Numbered from the stretch's first letter, positions 9,517 through 18,101 are shown. The stretch is 32,000 nt of DNA from Allobaculum fili (GCF_020969955.1 NZ_JAHDSX010000006.1:54731-86730), one strand, 5' to 3'. Notes: generated by a model from the letters alone, not told the origin. Numbers and translations: made by a program.

Positions 9517-9855
9517 ATGAAAAAATCTATGATCGATAACGCGTTCGACATTTTAACCGATGAAAAGAAGCCCATGCAGTTCATGGACCTCTGGCACATC
9601 GTAGAAGAGAGAATGGGATTTACCCCTTCTCAGGCCGATGACAACATCGCACAGTTTTACAGCGACCTGTCCATTGACGGCCGCTTCGCTTCCCTGCCGA
9701 AAAACACATGGGACCTGCGTACGCGTCAGACCGTAGCATCGACGGTTGTGGATACAGATTCGCTCAGCGTTGAGGACGAAGAAGACTTCGTTCCGGCTGA
9801 CGATGACGAAACAGAAGAAGAAGTCGTCGAAGAAACAGAATCGGAAGAAGAATAG
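9517..9855 (+). CDS. rpoE: DNA-directed RNA polymerase delta subunit
   Basis: The 112-aa product has an N-terminal HARE-HTH-like domain (AFDILTDEKKPMQFMDLWHIV...WDLR) and a strongly acidic tail (DEEDFVPADDDETEEEVVEETESEEE). GAGGAG lies upstream. Confidence 0.88.
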   Translation: MKKSMIDNAFDILTDEKKPMQFMDLWHIVEERMGFTPSQADDNIAQFYSDLSIDGRFASLPKNTWDLRTRQTVASTVVDTDSLSVEDEEDFVPADDDETEEEVVEETESEEE

Positions 9856-9939
9856 TCTTCTCGAACTCTTCCGACCTTCGCCTGCCGACAAGAGTAAATC
9901 AGACCGGCATTCGAAGAAAACATACAGATCAGATAAATA

Positions 9940-9985
9940 AACGGAGCTGCTCTTCCACCTGAGAAGAACAGCTCCGTTCTTTATG
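9940..9985 (+). terminator. Rho-independent terminator after rpoE
   Basis: A 15-bp stem acggagctgctcttc/gaagaacagctccgt has one mismatch and is followed by tctttatgttt. Confidence 0.75.
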
Positions 9986-9993
9986 TTTCCTGT

Positions 9994-10020
9994 TTTAATA
10001 AGCAAAGCCGGTGCGGCTTT
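9994..10020 (-). terminator. Terminator of the DUF4230-like gene
   Basis: Stem aaagccg/cggcttt has a 3-nt loop. On the minus strand it is followed by gcttattaa. Confidence 0.55.
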
Positions 10021-10047
10021 CTGTAAGAGCCTCCGGTTTTTGCGGAT

Positions 10048-10872
10048 CTATCTGGCTGCCGATTCTAAGATCGAGTTGGCTTCGTCTGCGTCTTTTGGAA
10101 AGCTCTTCTCGCCGCTGTCGGTAAGAATGTCGCTGCGGTCGGTGAGCAGATCGGTCGGTTCTACGGTGACTTCAATCGTATAGCCGTCTACTTTTCCGGA
10201 AAGCCGGAGAATATCGGTCAGCGCGGATTTGGCGTTGCTTTCCGCGGCTTCAATGGCTCCGTTGGAAAGCATTTCTTCTTCCTGCTTTGACTTTTCCACT
10301 TCAAGATTGTCATAGATTTCTTCAGCGGTCAGCGGATTGAAGATGTTGTTGCTCGCGTCATACACTTCGATCGATCCTGGATCGATTTCGTTGGAAAGAA
10401 TCTGAATGGCCGGGCAGTGCACATGAATGATTTTGTTTTCTTCGTCCGTGTCGACTTCAATCTTCTTTCCGTTGATGCCAAGCAGGGCTTTTCCCTGGAA
10501 CGTATAGAGCAGCCGTTTTCCGGTAAAGGGGATGTTCCATTCCTGAAACTGCTTGGCCCCTTCAATTTTTCCAATGCCGGTGTAGTAGTTGTAGCAGGTC
10601 ACAATGTCGTTGGACTCTGCGAAAACATTGGAAAGGGTTGTCGACTTCTGCTCGTACCGGTCTGTAACCTGAAAAAATTTCGTAAGGCCGACGCCTGCGA
10701 CCAGTCCGACAGCCAGAATGACCAGCATGAGAACGGCGTTAAAACTGAGAGAATGCTTTTTCCGCTTGCGGGGCATTTTCCCTGCGGAGTTCTCGTTCGT
10801 ACTTCTGGTACGTGCGGATTCGGCACCGCTTTTTTCCCGATTCGAAGAATTGTTTTTTACTGGATCTGACAT
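10048..10872 (-). CDS. Membrane-anchored DUF4230-like protein
   Basis: The 274-aa product has a basic N-terminus, one TM segment (AVLMLVILAVGLVAGVGL) and then a domain resembling DUF4230 (...TGKRLLYTFQGKALLGING...IHVHCPAIQILSNEIDPGSIEVYD). AAGGAGG lies upstream. Confidence 0.75.
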   Translation of the reverse strand: MSDPVKNNSSNREKSGAESARTRSTNENSAGKMPRKRKKHSLSFNAVLMLVILAVGLVAGVGLTKFFQVTDRYEQKSTTLSNVFAESNDIVTCYNYYTGIGKIEGAKQFQEWNIPFTGKRLLYTFQGKALLGINGKKIEVDTDEENKIIHVHCPAIQILSNEIDPGSIEVYDASNNIFNPLTAEEIYDNLEVEKSKQEEEMLSNGAIEAAESNAKSALTDILRLSGKVDGYTIEVTVEPTDLLTDRSDILTDSGEKSFPKDADEANSILESAAR

Positions 10873-11306
10873 ATCTGCTTTCGCCTCCTTAACTGTCTGT
10901 CTCTATAAAATTGAGGGATGCAGGGAAACAGGAATTGTAAGATATGAGAAAAATGGGCGCCTGTTCTTTGCCTGCAGCGTTTTGCATCTTCCAAGCAGGT
11001 GAATGCGTAGTTATTATACTTGAAAAGAAAATGTAACGCTTTAGGAAAAAATTAAGAAAAATAAGCAAATTCTGAGCACAAACCGAGAAAATGACGATAA
11101 CTAAATCGTATTTTAATAGATTAAATTTTGAAAGCGGTGACAAAAACCGCAAGGATTATGGCCTAAAAGTCCGCTTTGTTTGCGAATAAAAAGCCTCCTG
11201 TACAAGGATAGTCTCCTGCGGTTTGCCTCTCGGCGGCAAATCTCGTATATTTTCCTGACCGGCCGGCTCTGGAAAAACGGGCTTTGTTCTCCGTCAGGGG
11301 CCCAGA

Positions 11307-11335
11307 TTGCCCGGCCTAATCCGGATGGGTATACT
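11307..11335 (+). promoter_or_regulatory. Putative sigma-A promoter of rsmG-parA-parB
   Basis: TTGCCC (11307-11312), a 17-nt spacer and TATACT (11330-11335). The -10 element ends 6 nt before the rsmG ATG. Confidence 0.45.
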
Positions 11336-11341
11336 GAATTT

Positions 11342-12055
11342 ATGAATAAAGACTCTTTTAAAAACGAACTGGCTGCCAAAGGACTGAATCTGTCCGCAGA
11401 ACAGCTCGGTCAATTTGAAACGTATCTTCACCTGATTCAGGAGTGGAATCAGAAAATGAATCTGACCGCCATTACCGATGACAGTGAAATCTGGCAGAAG
11501 CATTTTTACGACTCCGTTGTCCCGTTTTTACATACATCGTTCCAGACGCTCTGCGACGTCGGTTCCGGTGCCGGCTTCCCCGGCATTCCTTTAGCCATTG
11601 CCTGGCCGAATCGTTCTTTTGTTTTAGTGGAACCGCTCGCCAAGCGCTGCCGTTTTCTGAATGAAGTCAAAAACCAGCTTCATCTGGATAACGTAGAAAT
11701 CGTCAACGCGCGGGCCGAAGACTTTGTGAAGGAGCATCGCGAACAGTTTGACGCGGTTTCGGCACGTGCCGTCGCGCGTCTTTCGATTCTGCTCGAGCTC
11801 TGCGTCCCGCTGGTGAACGATTCCGGTACCTTTATCGCGCTCAAAGGCGCAAATGGAAAAGAAGAGCTCAAAAATGCGGCTCCGGCTTTAAAGGCGCTGC
11901 CGGTTGTGCTCGACCATGAAGAAGAATTTGAACTGGGCAACGATGAAGGAACCCGCATCAATTTTTATTTTAAAAAGACGGGAGAAGTTCCCGCAAAATA
12001 TCCCCGTCCGTACGGAACGATTAAGAAAAAACCGCTCGAGGTGACGAATGGCTAA
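11342..12055 (+). CDS. rsmG: 16S rRNA (guanine527-N7)-methyltransferase RsmG/GidB
   Basis: From ATG 11342 the product MNKDSFKNELAAKGLNLSAEQLGQFETYLHLIQEWNQKMNLTAI... is collinear with B. subtilis GidB as I recall it. The SAM motif DVGSGAGFPGIPLAI is present. The upstream in-frame extension from 11180 looks non-coding. Confidence 0.93.
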   Translation: MNKDSFKNELAAKGLNLSAEQLGQFETYLHLIQEWNQKMNLTAITDDSEIWQKHFYDSVVPFLHTSFQTLCDVGSGAGFPGIPLAIAWPNRSFVLVEPLAKRCRFLNEVKNQLHLDNVEIVNARAEDFVKEHREQFDAVSARAVARLSILLELCVPLVNDSGTFIALKGANGKEELKNAAPALKALPVVLDHEEEFELGNDEGTRINFYFKKTGEVPAKYPRPYGTIKKKPLEVTNG

Positions 12056-12827
12056 AATTATCGCAATTTCCAATCAGAAAGGCGGTGTCGGAAAAACGAC
12101 GACCGCCATCAATCTGTCCAGCGCCCTGTCCTATCTGGGCTTGGACGTCCTGCTGGTGGATTTCGATTCGCAGGGAAACGCCTCGCAGGGGCTCAATGCG
12201 GTGAAGTCCAATCAGCAGCCGACCATTTACAACGTCCTGCTTGAAGAATATCCCGTTCGCGATGCGATCGTGCATGGCGAAAAGACGAATATCGATATCC
12301 TTCCGGCCAACATTTCGCTGGCCGGTGCCGATCTGGTCATGGATCGACTGAAAACCGGAAAGGAACAGCTGCTGAAAAACGTTCTGGATCCGCTGCGCGA
12401 CGACTACGATTTCATCATCATCGACTGTCCGCCTTCACTCGGCCTTCTCAATACGAACGCCCTGACGGCGGCCGACAGCGTTCTGATTCCGGTACAGTGC
12501 GAATACTACGCGCTGGAAGGTGTGACGCAGCTGCTGCTGACGATCCGCCTGGTTCAGAAGACCAGCAACCCCAATCTGAGCATTGAAGGCATTCTGATGA
12601 CGATGTTTGACTACCGTACCCGCCTTTCGGTCGATGTTTCTCAGGAAGTTCGCCAGACGTTCGGCCGTCTGGTCTATCAGAATTCCATTCCCCGCAACGT
12701 TAAGCTTTCCGAAGCGCCCAGCCGTGGCGTATCCATTTTCGAATACGATACAAAGTGCAAGGGGGCCAAAGCCTATGCGGCTCTGACCCGCGAAATGCTG
12801 CACATTGAAGAGGTAGATGAAGCATGA
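12048..12827 (+). CDS. soj: Chromosome partitioning ATPase ParA/Soj
   Basis: The deviant Walker A is NQKGGVGKTTTAINL, and DCPPSLG is present. GAGGTGA is the SD, and the gene overlaps the rsmG stop. Confidence 0.95.
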   Translation: MAKIIAISNQKGGVGKTTTAINLSSALSYLGLDVLLVDFDSQGNASQGLNAVKSNQQPTIYNVLLEEYPVRDAIVHGEKTNIDILPANISLAGADLVMDRLKTGKEQLLKNVLDPLRDDYDFIIIDCPPSLGLLNTNALTAADSVLIPVQCEYYALEGVTQLLLTIRLVQKTSNPNLSIEGILMTMFDYRTRLSVDVSQEVRQTFGRLVYQNSIPRNVKLSEAPSRGVSIFEYDTKCKGAKAYAALTREMLHIEEVDEA

Positions 12828-13771
12828 GTAAAGACAGCAGTCATCTCGGCAAAGGCCTCTCTTCGATTTTCGGCGGCGATATCACACAGATGCTCGACGA
12901 CATCCAGAACGGACAGAATCAGCCGGCCGCCCAGGTCAGCGAACCGCTCCGCCTTCCGCTCAGTCAGATTCGCCCCAATCCATATCAGCCGCGAAAAGTC
13001 TTTGATCAGACCGCGCTCGAAGAACTGGCTGCTTCCATTGCCGAACACGGCGTTTTCACGCCGGTTCTGGTCAAGAAAAGCATTTCGGGCTACGAACTGA
13101 TCGCCGGTGAACGCCGTTTGCGCGCCAGCCGTCTGGCCAATCAGGAGACGATTCCGGCCATTATTGTGGATTTCGATGATCAGCAGATGATGGAAATTTC
13201 GCTGCTGGAAAACATTCAGCGCGAAAACCTGAATGTCATTGAAGAAGCCAAAGCCTATGATCAGCTGATCAAAAGTCTGCATTACACCCAGGAACAGCTG
13301 GCTGCCCGTGTCGGCAAAAGCCGTGAACATATTGCCAATCTGCTGCGTCTGCTTAAACTCCCGGACGAAGTGTCTCAGATGGTCGTCGACAAAAAGCTGT
13401 CCATGGGTCATGTCCGCGCCCTCCTTCCCTTAAAGGAAAAAAGCAAAATGACCCGGCTCGCGCACGATGCGTTTGAACAGGGCTGGTCCGTTCGTACGAT
13501 GGAATCCAAAGTCCGTCAGGTCATCGAGCAGAAAGACGCTCACGAAAGAAAAAATGCGGATCTGGATCCAGACGGGGAAGAAACAAAAGAAGAAAAAGAG
13601 AAAGCCCACAAGGAAAGTCTCTTTATTCAGGAAGCCGCAAATCAGCTGGAAGGCTACTTCCAGACTTCGGTAAAAATCCGCGCCCATTCCATTGATATTC
13701 ATTTCGAAGACAATAACGATCTGACCCGGATTCTTGAACTTCTTTCGCTGACCGAAACCGAAGAAGAGTAA
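12824..13771 (+). CDS. spo0J: Chromosome partitioning protein ParB/Spo0J
   Basis: IRPNPYQPRKVF and LIAGERRLRAS form the ParB box, followed by the HTH YTQEQLAARVGKSREHIANLLRLLKL. The start has an ATGA overlap with parA. I cannot distinguish Noc from Spo0J by eye. Confidence 0.92.
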   Translation: MSKDSSHLGKGLSSIFGGDITQMLDDIQNGQNQPAAQVSEPLRLPLSQIRPNPYQPRKVFDQTALEELAASIAEHGVFTPVLVKKSISGYELIAGERRLRASRLANQETIPAIIVDFDDQQMMEISLLENIQRENLNVIEEAKAYDQLIKSLHYTQEQLAARVGKSREHIANLLRLLKLPDEVSQMVVDKKLSMGHVRALLPLKEKSKMTRLAHDAFEQGWSVRTMESKVRQVIEQKDAHERKNADLDPDGEETKEEKEKAHKESLFIQEAANQLEGYFQTSVKIRAHSIDIHFEDNNDLTRILELLSLTETEEE

Positions 13772-13806
13772 TTCCCGAGAAAAATTGAAAACAAAAAACC
13801 AGAAAA

Positions 13807-13860
13807 GAAAGCTCTGACCGACTGGAAAACCTCCAGATCCGGTCAGAGCTTTCTCGTTTT
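13807..13860 (+). terminator. Rho-independent terminator of the rsmG-parAB operon
   Basis: A 14-bp stem gaaagctctgaccg/cggtcagagctttc is followed by tcgttttctt. Confidence 0.85.
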
Positions 13861-13939
13861 CTTCCGTTTTCCCTTCTTTTTTACGACATGCGGGTAGAAA
13901 TCTGTTTTCGACTGTGGTTAACTCGGTATGAACAGACAG

Positions 13940-14233
13940 AAAGGCCTGGTGAGAGGATGAATTCTATTTCCTGCAAAGTACGTTAATCCAAGCATGTTCC
14001 TGATCTGTTTTGTCATGGCCGGATGGCGCAATGACATTTTGTATCGGACTGTGCCTGGAAGCAGGAAACCATCCACTGTCCGGTCTAAATATTTGAATTG
14101 CCTGTTTTTTTTGAACAGGCAGACTATGAATTCTTTTTTATGACTTGCAAGACCGCGGGAGATTTCCTGCGGTCTTTTTGCGAGTTCGGAATGTTTCAAA
14201 TTCGCCTGTGTAAAAGTTTAAGGAGGAATGCAT
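13940..14233 (+). promoter_or_regulatory. Structured leader of the ABC-F gene (candidate ribosome-mediated attenuator)
   Basis: About 360 nt before the ABC-F start carry no credible protein gene. The region contains hairpins at 14045-14082 and 14100-14120, mini-ORFs MNSISCKVR* (13957-13986) and MNSFL* (14126-14143), and an intrinsic terminator at 14150-14180. Confidence 0.55.
14150..14180 (+). terminator. Intrinsic terminator inside the ABC-F leader (attenuator)
   Basis: agaccgcggga / tcctgcggtct forms 11 bp with one G-U pair and a gatt loop, followed by T5. It lies 54 nt upstream of the ABC-F start. Confidence 0.8.
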
Positions 14234-15742
14234 ATGTCTATGATTCAGATTCGTGATTTGACGTTCAGCTATGAAAATGGGGCTGAACCGGTATTTGAAC
14301 ATTTCAATGCGGATCTTGATCCCCGCTGGAACCTGGCGCTTTGTGCACGAAACGGCCGGGGAAAAACGACACTGTTGAGACTTTTGCTGGGAGAACTGCA
14401 GGGATCCGGTACCATTTCTTCCCCCGTGGAATTTGCGTACTTTCCGTGTCCAGTATCGGAAGAAGAACAGCTGGTCGCGGATGTGCTGCAGGAAATTGCC
14501 CCGCAGCCACAGCAGTGGGAATTTGTCCGGGAGCTGAATGCCCTCAAGCTGGATGAAGATATTTTGTGGAGGATTTACTCGACCCTTTCCTATGGCGAGA
14601 AAACAAAAGTACAGCTTGCGGCTCTCTTTTTAAACGAAGGAAAGTGTCTTCTGATTGATGAACCGGCCAACCACCTGGATACCGTCGGCCGTCAGGTTCT
14701 TTCTGCCTATCTGCACGATAAGCATGGCTTTATTCTGGTCAGTCATGACCGTGTACTGCTCGATGGCTGTACGGATCATGTGCTGGCCATCAACCGGTCG
14801 AGCGTAGAACTGGTCAAAGGAAGCTATTCAAGCTGGAAATCCGATTTCATCAGCCGGCAGAATACGGAAGATGCCCGCAACACCCGTCTGAAAAAAGAAA
14901 TTTCCGCCATGCAGAAAAGCAGTCGGCAAAGCGCCGACTGGTCAGGTCGCATTGAAGCGTCCAAATACGGAAACGCTCCAGTTGACCGCGGCTTTATCGG
15001 TCATCGGGCAGCCAAGATGATGAAGCGTTCGAAATCGATTGAACGCCGCCGCCAGAAAGCCATCGAAGAAAAATCCGCTCTGCTTCAGGATTTTGAAGAG
15101 AGCGAATCGCTTCGTCTTTCGCCAAGGAACGATTTGCATGGCACCCTGATTTCGGCGCATGATGTGGTCTGCTTTTATGATTCCCGACCCGTCAACAAGC
15201 CGGTCAGCTTTCCCCTTCATGAAGGCGACCGCATTGTACTCGACGGCTCGAACGGTTCAGGCAAATCTACCCTTCTCAAACTGATCCGCGAAGGAGGAGT
15301 TACGTATACGGGCGAGCTGTTCAGTCCTTCTCGTCTGATCATTTCCTGGGTTCCGCAGGATTCTTCCTTTTTAAAGGGAACGCTGCGCGAATTTGCGGAA
15401 GAATCGAAAATTGACGAAAGTCTGTTTAAGTCCATCCTGCGCAAGCTCGGATTTGACCGGACTCAGTTTGAAGTACGCATGGAAGATTTCTCAGCGGGGC
15501 AGAAGAAGAAAGTGCTGATTGCCCGCAGTCTGTGCGAAAGCGCGCATCTCTACATATGGGATGAACCGCTCAACTATATCGATATTGAATCGCGCGAGCA
15601 GATCGAAGCGCTGATTCAGGAATATCACCCAGCGATGCTGCTGGTTGAACACGATCTGGCTTTCCAGCATGCGGTTGCTGATGAAATTGTTCCGGTTGAA
15701 AAGCGGATCGCAGGACCAAAGAACAGGACTGATTTTGAATAA
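14234..15742 (+). CDS. lsa: ABC-F ribosomal-protection type ATPase, Lsa family-like (no transmembrane domain)
   Basis: AAGGAGG lies 7 nt before ATG 14234. The protein has two NBDs (ARNGRGKTTLLRLL / LSYGEKTK / LLIDEPANHLD and GSNGSGKSTLLKLI / FSAGQKKK / LYIWDEPLNYID) joined by a basic linker. The N-terminus and overall layout match my recollection of Enterococcus Lsa(A). The first Walker A glycine of NBD1 is Ala. Confidence 0.85.
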   Translation: MSMIQIRDLTFSYENGAEPVFEHFNADLDPRWNLALCARNGRGKTTLLRLLLGELQGSGTISSPVEFAYFPCPVSEEEQLVADVLQEIAPQPQQWEFVRELNALKLDEDILWRIYSTLSYGEKTKVQLAALFLNEGKCLLIDEPANHLDTVGRQVLSAYLHDKHGFILVSHDRVLLDGCTDHVLAINRSSVELVKGSYSSWKSDFISRQNTEDARNTRLKKEISAMQKSSRQSADWSGRIEASKYGNAPVDRGFIGHRAAKMMKRSKSIERRRQKAIEEKSALLQDFEESESLRLSPRNDLHGTLISAHDVVCFYDSRPVNKPVSFPLHEGDRIVLDGSNGSGKSTLLKLIREGGVTYTGELFSPSRLIISWVPQDSSFLKGTLREFAEESKIDESLFKSILRKLGFDRTQFEVRMEDFSAGQKKKVLIARSLCESAHLYIWDEPLNYIDIESREQIEALIQEYHPAMLLVEHDLAFQHAVADEIVPVEKRIAGPKNRTDFE

Positions 15743-15764
15743 CCGAAAATCGATTCCTGGAAAG

Positions 15765-15810
15765 CAAACCGGCTGGCGCATTTTGAAGCTGCGTCAGCTG
15801 GTTTTGTTTG
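15765..15810. terminator. Bidirectional terminator between the ABC-F gene and the convergent DUF5662-like gene
   Basis: Stem aaccggctg/cagctggtt includes one G-U pair. It has ttttgtttg on the plus side and tgctttcc on the minus side. Confidence 0.6.
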
Positions 15811-15896
15811 ATACGGAATGCGAACATCCGGAAGTTTCCGGCTTCAGGACAACAAGAACTGATTCCTTAATTGCTAGCCTGAAAATTACGGAAAAC

Positions 15897-16454
15897 TCAG
15901 ATTCCGGGATCGCCAGTATGGCGCCAGCGGTTCAGTAAAAAGCGGATGCGCAAAATCGTTTTATCCATGCCGTGTTCGGCCAGATAGGTCAGAAGATATC
16001 GGATCTGGCGTTCGGTGTCGGGATGAAAAACTGTGCTGGAAAGATTGTTTTCAAAATACTGCAGGGGACTGTCGTCTCGATACTTATCCTTGAGATACGT
16101 CTGGGAAGCGGCTGCGCGATCGCAGAACATCTCGACAACGTAGTTAAATTCCATCGCGCGAGGAACCATTCCGTGCGGTCCGTTATCCATCCAGAATTCC
16201 CAGTGATGCGGATTTCTTCCCTTGTGATGGAGCCAGGAAAAGGAATAGCCTTCTGTTTCCTTCTGGGCATTGATTGGGGAGCGGTAGCCCTGGTAATAGC
16301 GAAAGCCGGTTTTGAGTTCGACGGGAGTGTATTTGGACAGATCATGAAGCAGGCCCTGTTTATACAGGCCGCAGCGAAAACACAGTTCCATGACCCGAAG
16401 CTTATGATCGTTAATGGTAAGCAGATGACCTTTGATTTTTTCAAGCTGGTTCAT
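15897..16454 (-). CDS. DUF5662-like protein with HD-type motif
   Basis: The 185-aa product carries LLHDLSKY...WLHHKGRNPHHWEFW, a pattern I associate with DUF5662, which is sometimes mis-annotated as catalase. No clear SD is present, and function is unknown. Confidence 0.65.
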   Translation of the reverse strand: MNQLEKIKGHLLTINDHKLRVMELCFRCGLYKQGLLHDLSKYTPVELKTGFRYYQGYRSPINAQKETEGYSFSWLHHKGRNPHHWEFWMDNGPHGMVPRAMEFNYVVEMFCDRAAASQTYLKDKYRDDSPLQYFENNLSSTVFHPDTERQIRYLLTYLAEHGMDKTILRIRFLLNRWRHTGDPGI

Positions 16455-16542
16455 AGTTTCATACTAGTGATCTGTCGGCGCGCGCGCAAACAGATCCTGA
16501 TTCTCCAGTTCAAACCTGAGATCGAAATAATTACTTGCGTTC

Positions 16543-16585
16543 CAGAAAAATGGACTCTGTGCAGGCAAAGCCATATACAGAGTCT
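16543..16585 (-). terminator. Weak terminator-like hairpin after glf
   Basis: An 8-9 bp stem gactctgt/acagagtc has a 16-nt loop. On the minus strand it is followed by ccatttttc. Confidence 0.35.
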
Positions 16586-16607
16586 GGAAAGTTTGAAGAT
16601 CTGAAAA

Positions 16608-17723
16608 TTAAGCCAGTTCCTTTCTGGCTGCATCCAGAGCAGAGGCAATAACACCGTCCATGTCGTAGTAACGGTATTCGCCAAGACGGCCGCCAAAAAG
16701 AACATTCTTGCGCGTATTCGCCAGTTCTTTGTAGCGGGCATAGAGCGTACCGTTCTTTTCATCATTGATGGGGTAGTACGGTTCATCACCTGGCTTCCAT
16801 TCGCTGGAATACTCGCGGGCGATGATGGTGCAATCGCTGCCGAGATCTTCGAAATGCTTGAATTCGAGAATGCGGGTAAAAGGCGTTTCGCGATCGGTGT
16901 AGTTCACAACCGAAGTTCCCTGAAAATCCGGTTCATCGAGCGTTTCCATTTCAAAACGGACGGAACGGTATTCGAGATGGCCGAGGGAATAATCGAAAAA
17001 TTCATCAATCGCACCGGTGTAAACAATCCGATCGGCAAGCGCGTCCCATTTTTCACGGGCCTTCAGATAATCGGTATTCGTGAGCACGTCCACGCCTTCG
17101 AGCATGCGTCCGACAAGATCGGTATAGCCGCCCTGCGGAATGCCCTGATAGAGCGCATTGAAATATCTGTTGTCATACGTCAGACGTACCGGAAGACGGC
17201 GGATGATAAAGGGCGGCAGATCTTTGCAGTCGCGACCCCACTGTTTTTCCGTGTAGCCTTTTACGAGTTTTTCAAAGACATCGCGTCCGACCAGAGAAAT
17301 CGCCTGCTCTTCCAGGTTTTTCGGTTCGCCGGTGATTTCCTGACGCTGCTTTTCGATCATGGCTCTGGCTTCCTTCGGGGTGCGGACGTCCCACATTTTA
17401 TTGAAGGTATACATATTGAAAGGCAGGGAATACATCTCGCCTTTAAAGTTGGCGATGACGCTGTGGGTGTAGCGGCTGAAGCGGGCAAAGCGATTGATGT
17501 AGTTCCAGACTTCTTCATTGTCCGTATGGAAAATGTGTGCACCGTATTCGTGGACATGAATGTTATGGTCAAGACGGGTATACACGTTTCCGGCAATATG
17601 AGGACGACGTTCGAGAACGAGAACCTTCTTGCCGGCATCGTAAGCCTGGCGGGCAAATACAGCACCGTACAGGCCGGCGCCGACAATCAGATAGTCATAA
17701 TGGGAATGCGATAACGGGTTCAT
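16608..17723 (-). CDS. glf: UDP-galactopyranose mutase
   Basis: The FAD fold starts YDYLIVGAGLYGAVFA, then ...HIAGNVYT...HEYGAHIFHT..., and the product is 371 aa. AAGGAG lies 7 nt upstream. Confidence 0.93.
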   Translation of the reverse strand: MNPLSHSHYDYLIVGAGLYGAVFARQAYDAGKKVLVLERRPHIAGNVYTRLDHNIHVHEYGAHIFHTDNEEVWNYINRFARFSRYTHSVIANFKGEMYSLPFNMYTFNKMWDVRTPKEARAMIEKQRQEITGEPKNLEEQAISLVGRDVFEKLVKGYTEKQWGRDCKDLPPFIIRRLPVRLTYDNRYFNALYQGIPQGGYTDLVGRMLEGVDVLTNTDYLKAREKWDALADRIVYTGAIDEFFDYSLGHLEYRSVRFEMETLDEPDFQGTSVVNYTDRETPFTRILEFKHFEDLGSDCTIIAREYSSEWKPGDEPYYPINDEKNGTLYARYKELANTRKNVLFGGRLGEYRYYDMDGVIASALDAARKELA

Positions 17724-18016
17724 GAATACTCTCCTTATATTTGACTGCCGCCTTCTTCATGGAAAATAAAGAAGCAGGGCAGGGAATAAACCGGTTAGAC
17801 AGAAGGGTCTGCGCTTAATGGAGCGGAAGAAATTCTGTATGAACTGGACATTCATTATGTCCGGTATGTCTTTCCAATTGTCGCATATTGCCATTCGAAT
17901 CACATCTGACACCAACTGACCGGCTGTGTTTTTTTCACGCAGGTTTTCTATACAAACCGAAAAAAACGGGATAAATACGGCATAATGACGGAAAAAAAGA
18001 GAAATTGTTTTCCGGG

Positions 18017-18045
18017 TTGCGATGGAAATTGGGGATTGCTATAAT
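18017..18045 (+). promoter_or_regulatory. Sigma-A type promoter of rpmE
   Basis: TTGCGA (18017-18022), a 17-nt spacer and TATAAT (18040-18045). Confidence 0.6.
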
Positions 18046-18101
18046 GCATAGGCACTTACTTTAAATCAGCACCTGATTTAAGGCGGAAGGAGGATATGGC
18101 G

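Noticed and set aside
13918-14199. A 93-aa minus-strand ORF upstream of the ABC-F gene.
   Set aside because: It has no SD, spans the leader hairpins and terminator, and has no recognisable motifs. The region is better explained as a structured regulatory leader.
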